Of a stretch of DNA of 37,657 nt, positions 8,385 to 17,723 are shown piece after piece; the first letter of the stretch is position 1; each line of letters opens with the position of its first letter. The notes under the pieces were generated by a model. It was given only the letters and a program-made list of their open reading frames with translations. It was not told the DNA's origin and ran no database searches. A program made the position numbers and the translations under genes. The DNA lies in IMG/VR virus record IMGVR_UViG_2516143071_000007, one strand, 5' to 3'. The stretch comes from a virus (taxonomy: Duplodnaviria; Heunggongvirae; Uroviricota; Caudoviricetes).

Positions 8385-9344
8385 ATGAAAATTTGTATCG
8401 ACGACGGCTCCACCAACATCAAGCTGGCATGGACTGAGAACGGCGAACGCCGCAACGCCATCAGCCCGAACAGCTTCAAGTCGGAATGGTCTGCGCCGTT
8501 CGGTGGCACGCAGCCCGCGAACTACATGCTTGATGGCGTGCGCTATGGTTTTGATCCGGTCAGCGATCGCTTTGTCCAGACGACCGACACGCAATACCAA
8601 TACAGCGATGTGAATGTCATTGCCATTCATCACGCGCTGGTCAAATCAGGCATCACACCACAGGAGGTGGATGTGGTTGTCACCCTGCCACTGAGCGAGT
8701 ATTTCGACACAAACGCACAGCCGGACATGACCAATATCAACCGCAAAAAAGCGAACGTTATGCGCCCGGTGGAGTACCAGAACGGCGAAGCATTCACTAT
8801 CCGTAACGTACGGGTTATGCCTGAATCCATTCCGGCTGGCTTTAAGGCACTGGCTGACATGAGTCCGTTTGAATCCCTGCTGATTGTGGATTTGGGCGGA
8901 ACCACGCTGGATGTGGCAAAGGTTCAGGGGCAACTGGCAGGTATCAGCCAGGTGTTTTGCGATCCACACGTAGGCGTTTCTCTGATGGCCGATGCCGTAC
9001 TGTCGGTGATGGCCACTAACGGTATGCGCACCAGTCACCACATCGCCAATACCATTATCGAACATCGCCATGATGAAGCCTGGCTGCGCCAGCACATCCA
9101 CAATGACGCGCATTACGCCAGCCTGATGGCGGTTATTCGTGAAAAGGAAGAAACACTGAAACAACGCGTGATCCGCGCGCTGGCGGGTTTTTCGGGTTAC
9201 GGGCGGGTGATGGTTGTCGGTGGTGGGACGGAGATTGTGGCACCCGCTATCCGCGAAGCCTGCGGAGTTAATGCGACTTTCATCGCGGACGGGGTGCCAC
9301 AGTTTGCTCTGGTTAATGGGCTGTACGCAATGGACAAGGAGTAA
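8385..9344 (+). CDS. parM: Actin-like segregation ATPase, ParM/StbA family
   Basis: N-terminal IDDGSTNIKL, SPNSF, YSDVNV, VMPESIPAG, DLGGTTLD, SGY..VMV(V/I)GGG blocks match my recollection of plasmid R1 ParM along the whole length. Confidence 0.8.
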   Translation: MKICIDDGSTNIKLAWTENGERRNAISPNSFKSEWSAPFGGTQPANYMLDGVRYGFDPVSDRFVQTTDTQYQYSDVNVIAIHHALVKSGITPQEVDVVVTLPLSEYFDTNAQPDMTNINRKKANVMRPVEYQNGEAFTIRNVRVMPESIPAGFKALADMSPFESLLIVDLGGTTLDVAKVQGQLAGISQVFCDPHVGVSLMADAVLSVMATNGMRTSHHIANTIIEHRHDEAWLRQHIHNDAHYASLMAVIREKEETLKQRVIRALAGFSGYGRVMVVGGGTEIVAPAIREACGVNATFIADGVPQFALVNGLYAMDKE

Positions 9345-9348
9345 ACCA

Positions 9349-9663
9349 ATGACGACACCAACCAGACGGATAAGTTTCTATCTGAAGCCAGTCGCCGTCA
9401 ATAGTGAACGGGAGGCGTGTAATTACCTCGACAGCCTGCCAGCCTCTGAACGCAGCCGCGCGCAACGCGCGGCCTTTCTGGCCGGGCTGGCACTCATAAA
9501 ACGCGATCCTGCATTTGCCTATTGGTTGGCCGAATGGCCGGAAGAAGGAGCTGCGCCAGCCAAGAATAATATTCAGAGTAAATATGCCAGCGCACCTGCC
9601 ACCGGAAGCAATCACAGCACTAGCGAGATAAGAAAGAACATTCAGTCATTTTTCCCAGAGTGA
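9349..9663 (+). CDS. parR: ParR/StbB-like centromere-binding adaptor, about 104 aa
   Basis: Directly downstream of parM with AGGAG; N-terminal RRISFYLKP...LDSLP..ERSR..RAAFLAGLAL resembles R1 ParR ribbon-helix-helix N-terminus from memory. Confidence 0.6.
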   Translation: MTTPTRRISFYLKPVAVNSEREACNYLDSLPASERSRAQRAAFLAGLALIKRDPAFAYWLAEWPEEGAAPAKNNIQSKYASAPATGSNHSTSEIRKNIQSFFPE

Positions 9664-9682
9664 AAACAGGAGAGGAGCATCT

Positions 9683-10114
9683 ATGGCAACTATCCCCAAA
9701 AAATGGTTACAACGCAAAATTGCAGACCTTGAATCGTGTCGTGAAGACATCCCGTTTGGCCTTGATGAAAACGATCACAATATGTTAATCGCACTGAAAA
9801 TCGCACTCACATCGCTGGAAGCGAAACCTGTTGCATGGACTGATGATGAGGAACTGCGTGATGTCAAGCAGTATGGTTTCGGTGAGATATTTCAGTGTCC
9901 GCCAGATAAATACGCGGACCCGCGACGTGTTATCCCTATGTATCGAGAGCCGCCAGCGCCAGCAGTACCAGATGGACTGGTTAGAGCGGTGCGTTTCTAT
10001 GAACAGGTAAAGCGTGAGAATCCGCCAGTCGAAACTGGAGTATGGAAAGACGCTATTGACTGGGTGACCAAAGAGGCTTGCCAAGCTGTAGACATTGGCA
10101 TCAAAGGAGAGTGA
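9683..10114 (+). CDS. Hypothetical protein, 143 aa, in parMR operon
   Basis: AGGAGAGGAG Shine-Dalgarno; no motif recognised. Confidence 0.55.
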   Translation: MATIPKKWLQRKIADLESCREDIPFGLDENDHNMLIALKIALTSLEAKPVAWTDDEELRDVKQYGFGEIFQCPPDKYADPRRVIPMYREPPAPAVPDGLVRAVRFYEQVKRENPPVETGVWKDAIDWVTKEACQAVDIGIKGE

Positions 10115-10115
10115 T

Positions 10116-10379
10116 ATGGCAACTTTGACAAAAAAAGAACAAGCATGGTTGAGCGAATTACAGGACGTTCTTGATCGCTGTCCATCACCGAAAAAAATTG
10201 GTTTTTACACCATTGGCGATAAAAGCATTTACCTGTATGACCTACGCCGCATGGATGAAATCATGGAGGCTCTTGATAATCGTTCGTCAATGGATTGGTG
10301 TGTTGCTGTCCATGATATGAATGCAGGGTTTGATGAAAAGATTTTGTTCCCCTCATCACTTGAAAGCACAGCAGGATAA
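10116..10379 (+). CDS. Hypothetical protein, about 87 aa, last gene of parMR operon
   Basis: AAAGGAGAG Shine-Dalgarno then ATG at 10116 directly after the upstream stop. Confidence 0.5.
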   Translation: MATLTKKEQAWLSELQDVLDRCPSPKKIGFYTIGDKSIYLYDLRRMDEIMEALDNRSSMDWCVAVHDMNAGFDEKILFPSSLESTAG

Positions 10380-10414
10380 GGACCCAGCCAATATACACAA
10401 CCTATAAAACACTA

Positions 10415-10440
10415 AAGCGCCTCAGGGGCGCTTTTTGTTT
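10415..10440 (+). terminator. Rho-independent terminator after the parMR operon
   Basis: AGCGCC-TCAGG-GGCGCT hairpin followed by TTTTTGTTT. Confidence 0.65.
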
Positions 10441-10466
10441 GCACAAAAGTGCACAAATTTGCACAA
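10441..10466. repeat. Three GCACAA motifs phased at 10-bp intervals
   Basis: GCACAA at 10441, 10451, 10461 in TTTGCACAAAAGTGCACAAATTTGCACAATTTTTTT. Confidence 0.6.
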
Positions 10467-10840
10467 TTTTTTTGAACGACTTTTTACCCTTCCGGCCCGC
10501 ATGGCGGCTGGATCCGTCAAGGATCCGTGCGTGCACAAAAAAACGCGCTTTTTCTACGCGCAGGTGACGGGGGAACAGCCCGCGCTTCAGGGGGTAAATA
10601 GCATCCCCTGAACGGTGTCGCAGAGATACAACAGAATGGCTGTATTTCTCACGCTGAGCGTGAAAAAGACGTGAGGGCTTTTGCTTTGATGGGGTGGCAG
10701 ATAAGGCCGTCAAAATCGCACTGAGGCGGCGAGAACATGCAGTCAGCGCAGTGGGATTGCGTAAGAGTCTGACCGTCGATGATGGCAATAAGCAGGAAAG
10801 CGTCGTGAAATTATCTGATTGATACAGGAGCTGGAGAGTC

Positions 10841-10863
10841 GGGGCATAAATTTTTTATGCCCC
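10841..10863 (-). terminator. Stem-loop downstream of Q
   Basis: GGGGCATAAA-TTT-TTTATGCCCC 10-bp stem 27 nt after the Q stop; A/T-rich centre, no external T-run. Confidence 0.4.
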
Positions 10864-10890
10864 GGCGAAGCAGCAGACAAGCGAAGCGCG

Positions 10891-11937
10891 TCAGGATGTG
10901 GGCTGGGTATCTAACAGTGCGTAAGGGTTAAAGCGGATCACCTCTTCGCCAAGCCAGTCATTGATGTGCTTCATGGCCTCCATGACGGGCATCAGCTCGT
11001 TAATTGCGTAAACCCGCGCGGCCTTCTCCACATCACCAAACGCACTTTTTTCGCCCGGCATCGCCCCCATCAGTTGCGGCGGAACGCGGTGCGCAGCCAG
11101 CACATCATCACGGGATGCCGCCTTAACATTCATAAACTCATCTTTTGCGGTGATCTGCTGGAACGGCAAAATTTGCACCCCCTCTTTGCCACCGTTGGGC
11201 GCATGAATGAGCACGTTTTTAAACGCACCACCACCACGTGCACCCTGTAGCGTTTCTTTCAGGGAGTCCATGCTTTCGCGGTTTACCTGCGCTGCACCGA
11301 TGTAGATGATGCACCCGGCGTGGGATCCGTTGTCGTAATACAGTTTTCTGAACATGTCCGCCGAATGAGACAGGCTGGCCGAGAGTAATGCGCCGAGATA
11401 TTCCGGCATGCCGTAGATTTCCTGGTTAATGTCAGGATTCATCAGGTGGCACACTTTGCCAGGGCGAAACTGAAACGCGTCCTTGCCATCCTGCACATAC
11501 CACCATGATTCAAGATCGCTTCCGCGTCGCATGTATTTCGCCAGGGCGTGCCGTAATTTAAGCGGTTCGCCGAGCATATTGCTTCGAAGCTCAAGGAATG
11601 CGTTACCGAACACAAACCAGTCCAGCGCCAGCGCCGAGAAATCCTGCCGGGAAAGCAGCGGGTGCGGGATGTAGCAACCGAGTAATACATTGCGCTTAAA
11701 GTAAAGCGCAGACTGATGCCAGGACGTTTGCCGGGCTGCTCTTGCCAGACCGTACCAGTCCACCGGGGTTTCATACCACCGCCCGTTATCAGCACAGTAC
11801 ATATTGTCCAGCAGGTCATGCCCGGTCAGGCGATAAGGACCATCAAATGTGAATGCACTGAGCGATGATTCTTTCCTGAGCGCATCAGCGAGATCAATGC
11901 GTGAACTCATGCGCACTTTTTTATTTTTTCTGCTCAT
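10891..11937 (-). CDS. Q: Portal protein, P2 gpQ family
   Basis: About 348 aa; start overlaps P stop as TGATG on the minus strand; P2 capsid-gene synteny. Confidence 0.85.
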   Translation of the reverse strand: MSRKNKKVRMSSRIDLADALRKESSLSAFTFDGPYRLTGHDLLDNMYCADNGRWYETPVDWYGLARAARQTSWHQSALYFKRNVLLGCYIPHPLLSRQDFSALALDWFVFGNAFLELRSNMLGEPLKLRHALAKYMRRGSDLESWWYVQDGKDAFQFRPGKVCHLMNPDINQEIYGMPEYLGALLSASLSHSADMFRKLYYDNGSHAGCIIYIGAAQVNRESMDSLKETLQGARGGGAFKNVLIHAPNGGKEGVQILPFQQITAKDEFMNVKAASRDDVLAAHRVPPQLMGAMPGEKSAFGDVEKAARVYAINELMPVMEAMKHINDWLGEEVIRFNPYALLDTQPTS

Positions 11938-13688
11938 CAGAACTCCATAACCGTGAAACGCTCGTTTTCTCCTTCGCCGCCAATCGGTTCGTTAATGACA
12001 GCAAGCATGGTTGCCCACGCAAGGTCGCCGTGGCTGATCCCCCTCGCGCGGTCCGTTTCGTAAGTGATAAAGCCGCCCGGTGTTTTCACCTTACGCACGG
12101 CGTTAAAGGCCGCGACCAGCTCACGTTCGGCGCGATCGTATTCCCACCGCCCGGCACGCATTATTTGCAGCATTTTCAGTACCAGCGACCGTTTTGATGA
12201 CAGCGTGAAGGTGTACGGAATAGCAGCAGGGAAAAACCGCTTCACTATCTGATAAACAGCCTCCCCGTTCCCGCCCGTCACATCAATGCCGATGTGTTCC
12301 ACGTTGTAGCGATACGTGAACTCTTCAATGACTCTGGCCTGTTCTTCAAACTCCAGCCCCTGAACGCGTCGCGTCTCCACCGTTCGAAAACGGCCACCAG
12401 GAACAGCCGGAGGAACCACCACGGACACAGCGCCGCTGTCGCCGTTGCCACTACTGCCGTTTGCGTCATACCCAATCCATACCGGACGATTCCCCATCGG
12501 TCGGGGAGCAAAAGGTTTCCAGTCTTTCCAGTCGTCGTATCCGTCAACACCGCAGCCAATCAGGATATTCAGGTTAAATGCCGATTCCCCTTCGCGGACA
12601 AACTCACACATATAGAGATTGAGGAACTCGTCTTCGGTGTTTTCATCACGAATTTCGTCGATATCGGTGTGTTTCCAGCCGTGATTAACCACATCTTCCA
12701 GCGTGACAATTTGCCGCCACGTCCGGTCAGGGCAGATAAGCCCGTTATGCAGCGTTTTCCAGTCCACAGAAAAACGCTGGCGTTTATGCGAGGCCTTTTT
12801 CTCGTTCCAGCGGTCGCCGTTCCAGTAGGCGTATGCCTCGTGCGTTTCGGTGGATGGCGTGGAGAAGTAGGTGCGCCGCAGTCCGCTGAGGGTTGCCATA
12901 GCGCCAGCCACCTTGCGCAGTTCAGCAAAGCGACTGACCCAGAAAAATTCATCAAAATAAAAATTGCCCGTATAGGACTGTGCCGACGCAGCAGAAGTGC
13001 CGAGAAAATGCAGCTCTGCGCCGTTGGAGAGGATGATTTTATCGCCCCCTTTCAGCTCCACATCAACTTCAGCCGCGGCCTTCTGAATAATGCTTTTAAA
13101 CTGGAACGCCTGACGACGCGACGCAGACAAAAAAATCTGGTTACGCTGGTAAGGTTGCGCCACATCGTCACGCAGCGCCATCAGCAGAGCTTCCTGTGCA
13201 AAATACCAGGTCGCCCCAATCTGTCGGGATTTCAGGATCATCCTGTTACGTATCCCGGCTTCCCTGCAAAGGGTCAGGGAGTCAAACCAGCCCCGCTGAT
13301 GCCACTCCAGCCTGCTGATGATTTTTTCCCGCAGTGCGGAAATCTGTTCCGGCGTGAAATGATTTTTGAGTTTTTTCGCCCGGCCTTTCTTTCCTGCGGC
13401 CATCACATCCGGCTGGCCATCATGCAGCTTTTTAAGCTGCCGGGTCAGCAGGTCTATTTCCTTAAAGTCACCGCCTGTTTTATTCTGTTTTTCAGTAAGC
13501 TGGATGAGGCGCGCATCGATGGACTGCGTGACACGCTGCACGGGTGGCGTTTCATCCCACTGGTCGCGTTTTTTCCACGCATAAATCGTGTTCGGGTTTA
13601 TTCCCATCAGACGTGATATTTCTGCGGGCGGATAACCCTGCCAGTAAAGTTGCCGCGCACGCTGGCGCACAAAAGCGTCCTGAATCAT
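11937..13688 (-). CDS. P: Terminase large (ATPase) subunit, P2 gpP family
   Basis: 583 aa; GGGGGAG Shine-Dalgarno; transcribed divergently from O as in P2. Confidence 0.85.
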   Translation of the reverse strand: MIQDAFVRQRARQLYWQGYPPAEISRLMGINPNTIYAWKKRDQWDETPPVQRVTQSIDARLIQLTEKQNKTGGDFKEIDLLTRQLKKLHDGQPDVMAAGKKGRAKKLKNHFTPEQISALREKIISRLEWHQRGWFDSLTLCREAGIRNRMILKSRQIGATWYFAQEALLMALRDDVAQPYQRNQIFLSASRRQAFQFKSIIQKAAAEVDVELKGGDKIILSNGAELHFLGTSAASAQSYTGNFYFDEFFWVSRFAELRKVAGAMATLSGLRRTYFSTPSTETHEAYAYWNGDRWNEKKASHKRQRFSVDWKTLHNGLICPDRTWRQIVTLEDVVNHGWKHTDIDEIRDENTEDEFLNLYMCEFVREGESAFNLNILIGCGVDGYDDWKDWKPFAPRPMGNRPVWIGYDANGSSGNGDSGAVSVVVPPAVPGGRFRTVETRRVQGLEFEEQARVIEEFTYRYNVEHIGIDVTGGNGEAVYQIVKRFFPAAIPYTFTLSSKRSLVLKMLQIMRAGRWEYDRAERELVAAFNAVRKVKTPGGFITYETDRARGISHGDLAWATMLAVINEPIGGEGENERFTVMEF

Positions 13689-13842
13689 TGCTCCCCCTGA
13701 GTAATTACAGGAAGATTACCCGCGCGCGAAACCGTTCTCCTTAACCCCCTGTTCTGGCCGTTTTCTTACAACAAAAGCCCTTTGTATCAGCCTGTTACGC
13801 TTTGCCATCATGACTGAAGAACCAGTCAGAGGGGCAAAAACT
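13689..13842. promoter_or_regulatory. Divergent late promoter region (P/Q leftward, O-operon rightward)
   Basis: Intergenic region between divergently transcribed P and O; Ogr-type activator site expected but not resolved by eye. Confidence 0.45.
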
Positions 13843-14679
13843 ATGGCTAATGAAAAAAAGACATCCCGCAAAAAGTTTCGCGTGGCTGTCTCCGGATCAA
13901 CTGTTGATGGCCGTGAAATCAGTCCGGTGCATCTGCGTGAAGCCGCCGAGAACTTCAACCCGGATGTTTACGCTGCCCGCGTGAACGTTGAGCACTATCT
14001 CTCGCCATGCCCGTCAAGCGAATTTTCCGCAATGGGCGATGTCACCGCACTGAGTACGGAAGACATTACGGAAGGTCCGCTGGCCGGACGTACTGCGCTG
14101 TATGCAGAAATCGAACCGACCGAGCGCATGAAGCAGCTTGTCGCGGACGGCAAGAAAATCTATTCCAGTATCGAACTGCACCCGCAGTTCTCCGTTAACG
14201 GGCGCGCCTATCTGGTCGGGCTGGCGATGACCGACACCCCGGCAAGCCTGGGCACTGAGCGCCTGAAATTCACGGCACAGCAACGTCAGGCGGTAATGAC
14301 GTTCAACAGTGTCCAGGGTGAAGCGCCGCTTATCTCCGAAGCCATCGAGTCTGAAATCATCGAAATGGCAGAACAACGCCAGGAAGAAGGCACCCAGTGG
14401 TTTAACCACGTAATGGGGATTATTGGCCGTGGCCGCAAAGCGGATGACGCCAGTTTTTCCCGTATTCAGGAAGCGGTGGAAGGCGTCGCAACGTCACAGG
14501 CCGACATTATCGACCGTTTTAATGTGCTGGAAACCCGCCATCAGCAGGACCGCCAGAAAATTACGTCACTGACCACAGAGCTGGCAGCACTGAAGGAAAA
14601 ACTGCGCACGCAGGACGGCGATCCGCAGAACCGGTTCACCGCAACAGGTGCAGCCTCCGACCAGCTGGCTGACTTCTGA
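13843..14679 (+). CDS. O: Capsid scaffolding protein, P2 gpO family
   Basis: MANEKKTSRKKFRVAVSG... resembles recalled P2 gpO N-terminus and YLVGLAMTD.PASLGTE block; AGAGGGG upstream. Confidence 0.8.
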   Translation: MANEKKTSRKKFRVAVSGSTVDGREISPVHLREAAENFNPDVYAARVNVEHYLSPCPSSEFSAMGDVTALSTEDITEGPLAGRTALYAEIEPTERMKQLVADGKKIYSSIELHPQFSVNGRAYLVGLAMTDTPASLGTERLKFTAQQRQAVMTFNSVQGEAPLISEAIESEIIEMAEQRQEEGTQWFNHVMGIIGRGRKADDASFSRIQEAVEGVATSQADIIDRFNVLETRHQQDRQKITSLTTELAALKEKLRTQDGDPQNRFTATGAASDQLADF

Positions 14680-14702
14680 TAAGACAAAGGAGCAAATTTT
14701 TT

Positions 14703-15755
14703 ATGAATCTGGTGATGTCAGATATTACCCGCAACAAGCTGGGTTGCTATATGGCGCAGCAGGCGTCGCTTAACAATATCCCGGTATCTGCACTGGTATC
14801 GCGATTTACCGTGGAACCCGCGGTGCAGCAGCGTTTTGAAAACGCCTCAAAGGAAAGTACCGAATTTACGAAAAGAATTAACGTGATCGGCGTGACCGAC
14901 CAGAAAGGCGAAAAAATCCTCCCGGACACCACCGGGCCAATTGCGCGCACGAATAGCAGTTATGACGGCATCAAACGCCGTAACCCGAATAACGTGATCG
15001 ATATGAAGTCTCGTCAGTACCAGTGCGAACAGGTGAACTACGATACCTTTATTTCGTACCCACAGCTTGATACCTGGGCGGCCCACAGCGATTTTCAGTC
15101 CCGTATCAGTACACAGATCGCCCGGCAGGTAGCGCTTGATCGCATCATGATTGGCTTTAACGGCACATCCCACGCCTACGAGTCTGATTTTCACACCAAC
15201 AAGCTGCTTCAGGACGTTAACGTGGGCTGGCTGGAGCACATCAGAACCGATGCCAGCGAGCGCGTAATGAATGACGTGACGCTGACCTCCCGCAACATGG
15301 ACAACACTGTGGCGCACGCGGGTAAGTATGCGAATGCCGATGCTCTGGTACAGGATGCGCGCTCATCCCTGCTGGACGAATGGCACAAGGAAGCTGACGA
15401 CCTCGTGGTGATTATGGGGCGCAACCTGTTTAACTCGCTGCGTCTGCCCGTGCTGAACAGCATCAGCGGCCAGAATCCCAATGCGGAATTACTTGCCGGG
15501 CAGCTCATCCTGTCATCGCGCACCATTGGCGGGCTGGGCGTGTTCCTTGCGCCGTTCTTCCCGGATGCAACGATGCTGATCACCTCGTTCAACAACCTGT
15601 CGATTTACTGGCAGAAAGGTTCAATGCGTCGCCTGATGAAAGACGAGCCGGAATACAACCGCATCGCCACCTACCAGTCCATCAATGACGCTTATGTCGT
15701 TGAAGACTATGGCAAGTGCGCGATGGTCACTGGCCTGAAGTTCGCCGACAGCTAA
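14703..15755 (+). CDS. N: Major capsid protein, P2 gpN family
   Basis: Blocks FTVEP, GEKI, DYVVEDY, LSIY match recalled P2 gpN; AGGAG Shine-Dalgarno. Confidence 0.9.
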   Translation: MNLVMSDITRNKLGCYMAQQASLNNIPVSALVSRFTVEPAVQQRFENASKESTEFTKRINVIGVTDQKGEKILPDTTGPIARTNSSYDGIKRRNPNNVIDMKSRQYQCEQVNYDTFISYPQLDTWAAHSDFQSRISTQIARQVALDRIMIGFNGTSHAYESDFHTNKLLQDVNVGWLEHIRTDASERVMNDVTLTSRNMDNTVAHAGKYANADALVQDARSSLLDEWHKEADDLVVIMGRNLFNSLRLPVLNSISGQNPNAELLAGQLILSSRTIGGLGVFLAPFFPDATMLITSFNNLSIYWQKGSMRRLMKDEPEYNRIATYQSINDAYVVEDYGKCAMVTGLKFADS

Positions 15756-15765
15756 TCAACTCACG

Positions 15766-15784
15766 GCGGGCATCATGCCCGCCT
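15766..15784 (+). other. GC-rich stem-loop between capsid and small-terminase genes
   Basis: GGCGGGCATCATGCCCGCC palindrome; no T-run, so more likely an mRNA processing/stability element than a terminator. Confidence 0.35.
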
Positions 15785-15800
15785 GTAACGGAGAGAAAAA

Positions 15801-16601
15801 ATGATTACTCCTGCACAACAACACTGGCAGAACGTGATGGCACAGCGCGCAGGCCGGGCGAATGAAGGTGTGGACCACGCCGCGCGTACCGCGCATGAAG
15901 AGGTGCTGTATCGTCTGCGTCTGGCACAGGCCAGACTAAAGGGCGTACAGGCCAGAAGCGCGAAAGCCGCCATCAAAAAAGAGTTGTTGCCGGATTTTTC
16001 CGGCTGGATTGAGGGAACGCTGGAAGCTGACGGCGGGCAGCAGGATGAAGTGATTGCCACGCTGATGGTGTGGGCGATTGACTGTGGCGATCTTCCGCTT
16101 GCGCTGCGTATCGGCGCGTATGTGGTCCATCACAACCTCATCATGCCGGATAACTTTGGCCGTACTGCTGCCACGGTACTGACCGAAGAAATCTGTAATC
16201 CGGTACTGACACAGGCCGGGACGGATGCCGACGCGGATTTGTCCGCCTTTATCGAACCACTGGACACCCTCCGGGAGATTGTCGCCAACCAGGACATGCC
16301 GGACGAAGTGCGCGCCAAATTATGCAAAGCGTGCGCCTTTGCCCGCCGTGGCCTGACCGATGCGGACAGCATGGCCTCATCACTGAAGCTGCTGCGCGAA
16401 GCAATGCACCTGAACCCGAACGCAGGTGTGAAACGCGAGATTGCAACCCTTTCCCGCGCCCTGAAAAAAGCCGATTCCGCAGCCGCACCAGAAGATGCCA
16501 GCACACCGCAGGCGCAGGACGAAAGCAGCAAAAGTAAAAAGACAACGCGGAAGCCTGCAACACGAAAAACCACCGCGACGCAGAAGGCGAAGCGCGGTTA
16601 A
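15801..16601 (+). CDS. M: Terminase small/endonuclease subunit, P2 gpM family
   Basis: Blocks PAQ.H, KKELLP, MPDEVRAKL, GVKKEI match recalled P2 gpM; basic C-terminus. Confidence 0.85.
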   Translation: MITPAQQHWQNVMAQRAGRANEGVDHAARTAHEEVLYRLRLAQARLKGVQARSAKAAIKKELLPDFSGWIEGTLEADGGQQDEVIATLMVWAIDCGDLPLALRIGAYVVHHNLIMPDNFGRTAATVLTEEICNPVLTQAGTDADADLSAFIEPLDTLREIVANQDMPDEVRAKLCKACAFARRGLTDADSMASSLKLLREAMHLNPNAGVKREIATLSRALKKADSAAAPEDASTPQAQDESSKSKKTTRKPATRKTTATQKAKRG

Positions 16602-16617
16602 CGACTGACCCCGTCAG

Positions 16618-16689
16618 CGGGCGGCGTGCGCGGTGTTCCGGTTTGACTCCGTGACCGTTTACACCGCGCACCCACCGCCCGATTTTTTC
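16618..16689 (+). terminator. Long imperfect hairpin plus T-run between M and L (terminator/attenuator candidate)
   Basis: GGCGGCGTGCGCGGTG...CACCGCGCACCCACCGCC followed by GATTTTTTC. Confidence 0.5.
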
Positions 16690-16702
16690 AGGAGTGAACC
16701 CC

Positions 16703-17197
16703 ATGAGTATGGTTGCCAGAACCAACCCCGGACCCGCAGAGGACGACATAACCGATACCGATGATGGTGATACCCGTATTTCAGCGGGTGCATTCTGGCC
16801 GGATATTGTGCTGCGTGAGCTGCGTCTGGCGGTACGACTGCCGGGCCGCGTGACCACCTCCCGCCTGCTGCATACTGCCACCGGGGCTGTGGCTCACGTT
16901 ACCCGCGAACTGGAAGCGTGGCAGCAGGAACAGCAGGCGGCTGGCCATCAGACGCTGGCCGATGTTCCGGCACCCGTAATTAACGGAGAAAGCGTCAATC
17001 TCTGGCACTGGCGCAATGCTGTTTATACCGCCACACGTGCCCTGATTCTGGAGCGTTACCGCGATGCGGACACAACGGACAAGGGCGATCGCCGGGCGGA
17101 CGCACTGGATATACAGACATCGGATTTGTGGCGCGATGTGAGCTGGGCCATCTCTGACATTCTGTGCCGCCCGCGAATCTTTGCGGAGTTGTGCTGA
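16703..17197 (+). CDS. L: Head completion/stabilisation protein, P2 gpL family
   Basis: Synteny after M; GGAG 8 nt upstream of ATG 16703 (ORF track begins at an in-frame GTG at 16694). Confidence 0.75.
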   Translation: MSMVARTNPGPAEDDITDTDDGDTRISAGAFWPDIVLRELRLAVRLPGRVTTSRLLHTATGAVAHVTRELEAWQQEQQAAGHQTLADVPAPVINGESVNLWHWRNAVYTATRALILERYRDADTTDKGDRRADALDIQTSDLWRDVSWAISDILCRPRIFAELC

Positions 17198-17397
17198 TGA
17201 AAGTGAAGGCACTGGAAGGCGACACCGTGGATTCGCTCTGTTTCCGGTACTACGGCACGACGCAGGGCGTCACCGAAAAGGTGCTGGATGCCAACCCCGG
17301 ACTCTGTCAGCAGGTATTTCTGGACGCCGGGCAGGACGTGGAGATGCCGGAGCCGGAGAAGAAGAAACGAGAAATGATTCAGTTGTGGGGGGAGTAG
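17197..17397 (+). CDS. X: Tail protein X, P2 gpX family
   Basis: MKVKALEGDTVDSLCFRYYGTTQGV..VLDANPGL resembles recalled P2 gpX; ATG overlaps L stop. Confidence 0.8.
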   Translation: MKVKALEGDTVDSLCFRYYGTTQGVTEKVLDANPGLCQQVFLDAGQDVEMPEPEKKKREMIQLWGE

Positions 17398-17399
17398 CA

Positions 17400-17723
17400 G
17401 TGAGCACCATTCAAACAGGGATCACAGAGCAGGTTATTGCGTGGCTCTTTGACCACCTGCCAACGGTGTATGCAGTAGGCGCGGCGGTCAGCATTTCCGC
17501 GCTGATGAGTCTTTATGACGGACGAACACTGGTTCAGACCGTAACGGGATCGCTGGCGTGCGGCGTTCTTGCCATGGCCGTGGCCGGGTCGTTGCGCTTC
17601 TTCGGTTTTCCTGAAGATGCCGTGACGTTTATCGGCGCATCAATCGGTTTTATGGGCGCAGAGAAAGCACGCGACAAGGTTATTGCGGCCTTTAATCGCA
17701 GGGTGAAGGAGAAGGACGAATGA
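17400..17723 (+). CDS. Putative holin, about 107 aa, GTG start
   Basis: Two to three hydrophobic helices; immediately precedes the endolysin with ATGA coupling; GGGGGGAG upstream; not obviously P2 Y-like. Confidence 0.5.
   Translation: MSTIQTGITEQVIAWLFDHLPTVYAVGAAVSISALMSLYDGRTLVQTVTGSLACGVLAMAVAGSLRFFGFPEDAVTFIGASIGFMGAEKARDKVIAAFNRRVKEKDE

Larger units (their letters stand above)
10441..10865. other. Region expected to contain cos (cohesive-end/packaging site)
   Basis: P2-type synteny places cos between the replication/accessory region and portal Q; several dyads (GGATCCGT x2, TTCAGGGG-N11-CCCCTGAA); exact cohesive end not identifiable by eye. Confidence 0.4.

Noticed and set aside
10715-10745. 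Cohesive-end sequence at GAGGCGGCGAGAACATGC
   Set aside because: Only loosely resembles the P2/186 cos end as I recall it; too uncertain to annotate as cos
10402-10788. 128-aa minus-strand ORF in the cos region
   Set aside because: Lies across terminator and dyad elements, no Shine-Dalgarno, Arg/Ser-rich composition; region is expected to be noncoding
12294-13616. 440-aa plus-strand ORF antisense to terminase P
   Set aside because: Fully embedded opposite a conserved terminase gene; no start context; frame artefact
13689-13842. Explicit Ogr-binding site (TGT-N12-ACA) in the P/O divergent promoter
   Set aside because: Candidate half-sites have wrong spacing (for example TGT-N15-ACA at about 13762); I cannot assign the site confidently without alignment to P2 late promoters
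16130-16881. Minus-strand ORFs of 147 and 210 aa opposite M and L
   Set aside because: Antisense to conserved head genes with homology support; composition typical of spurious frames
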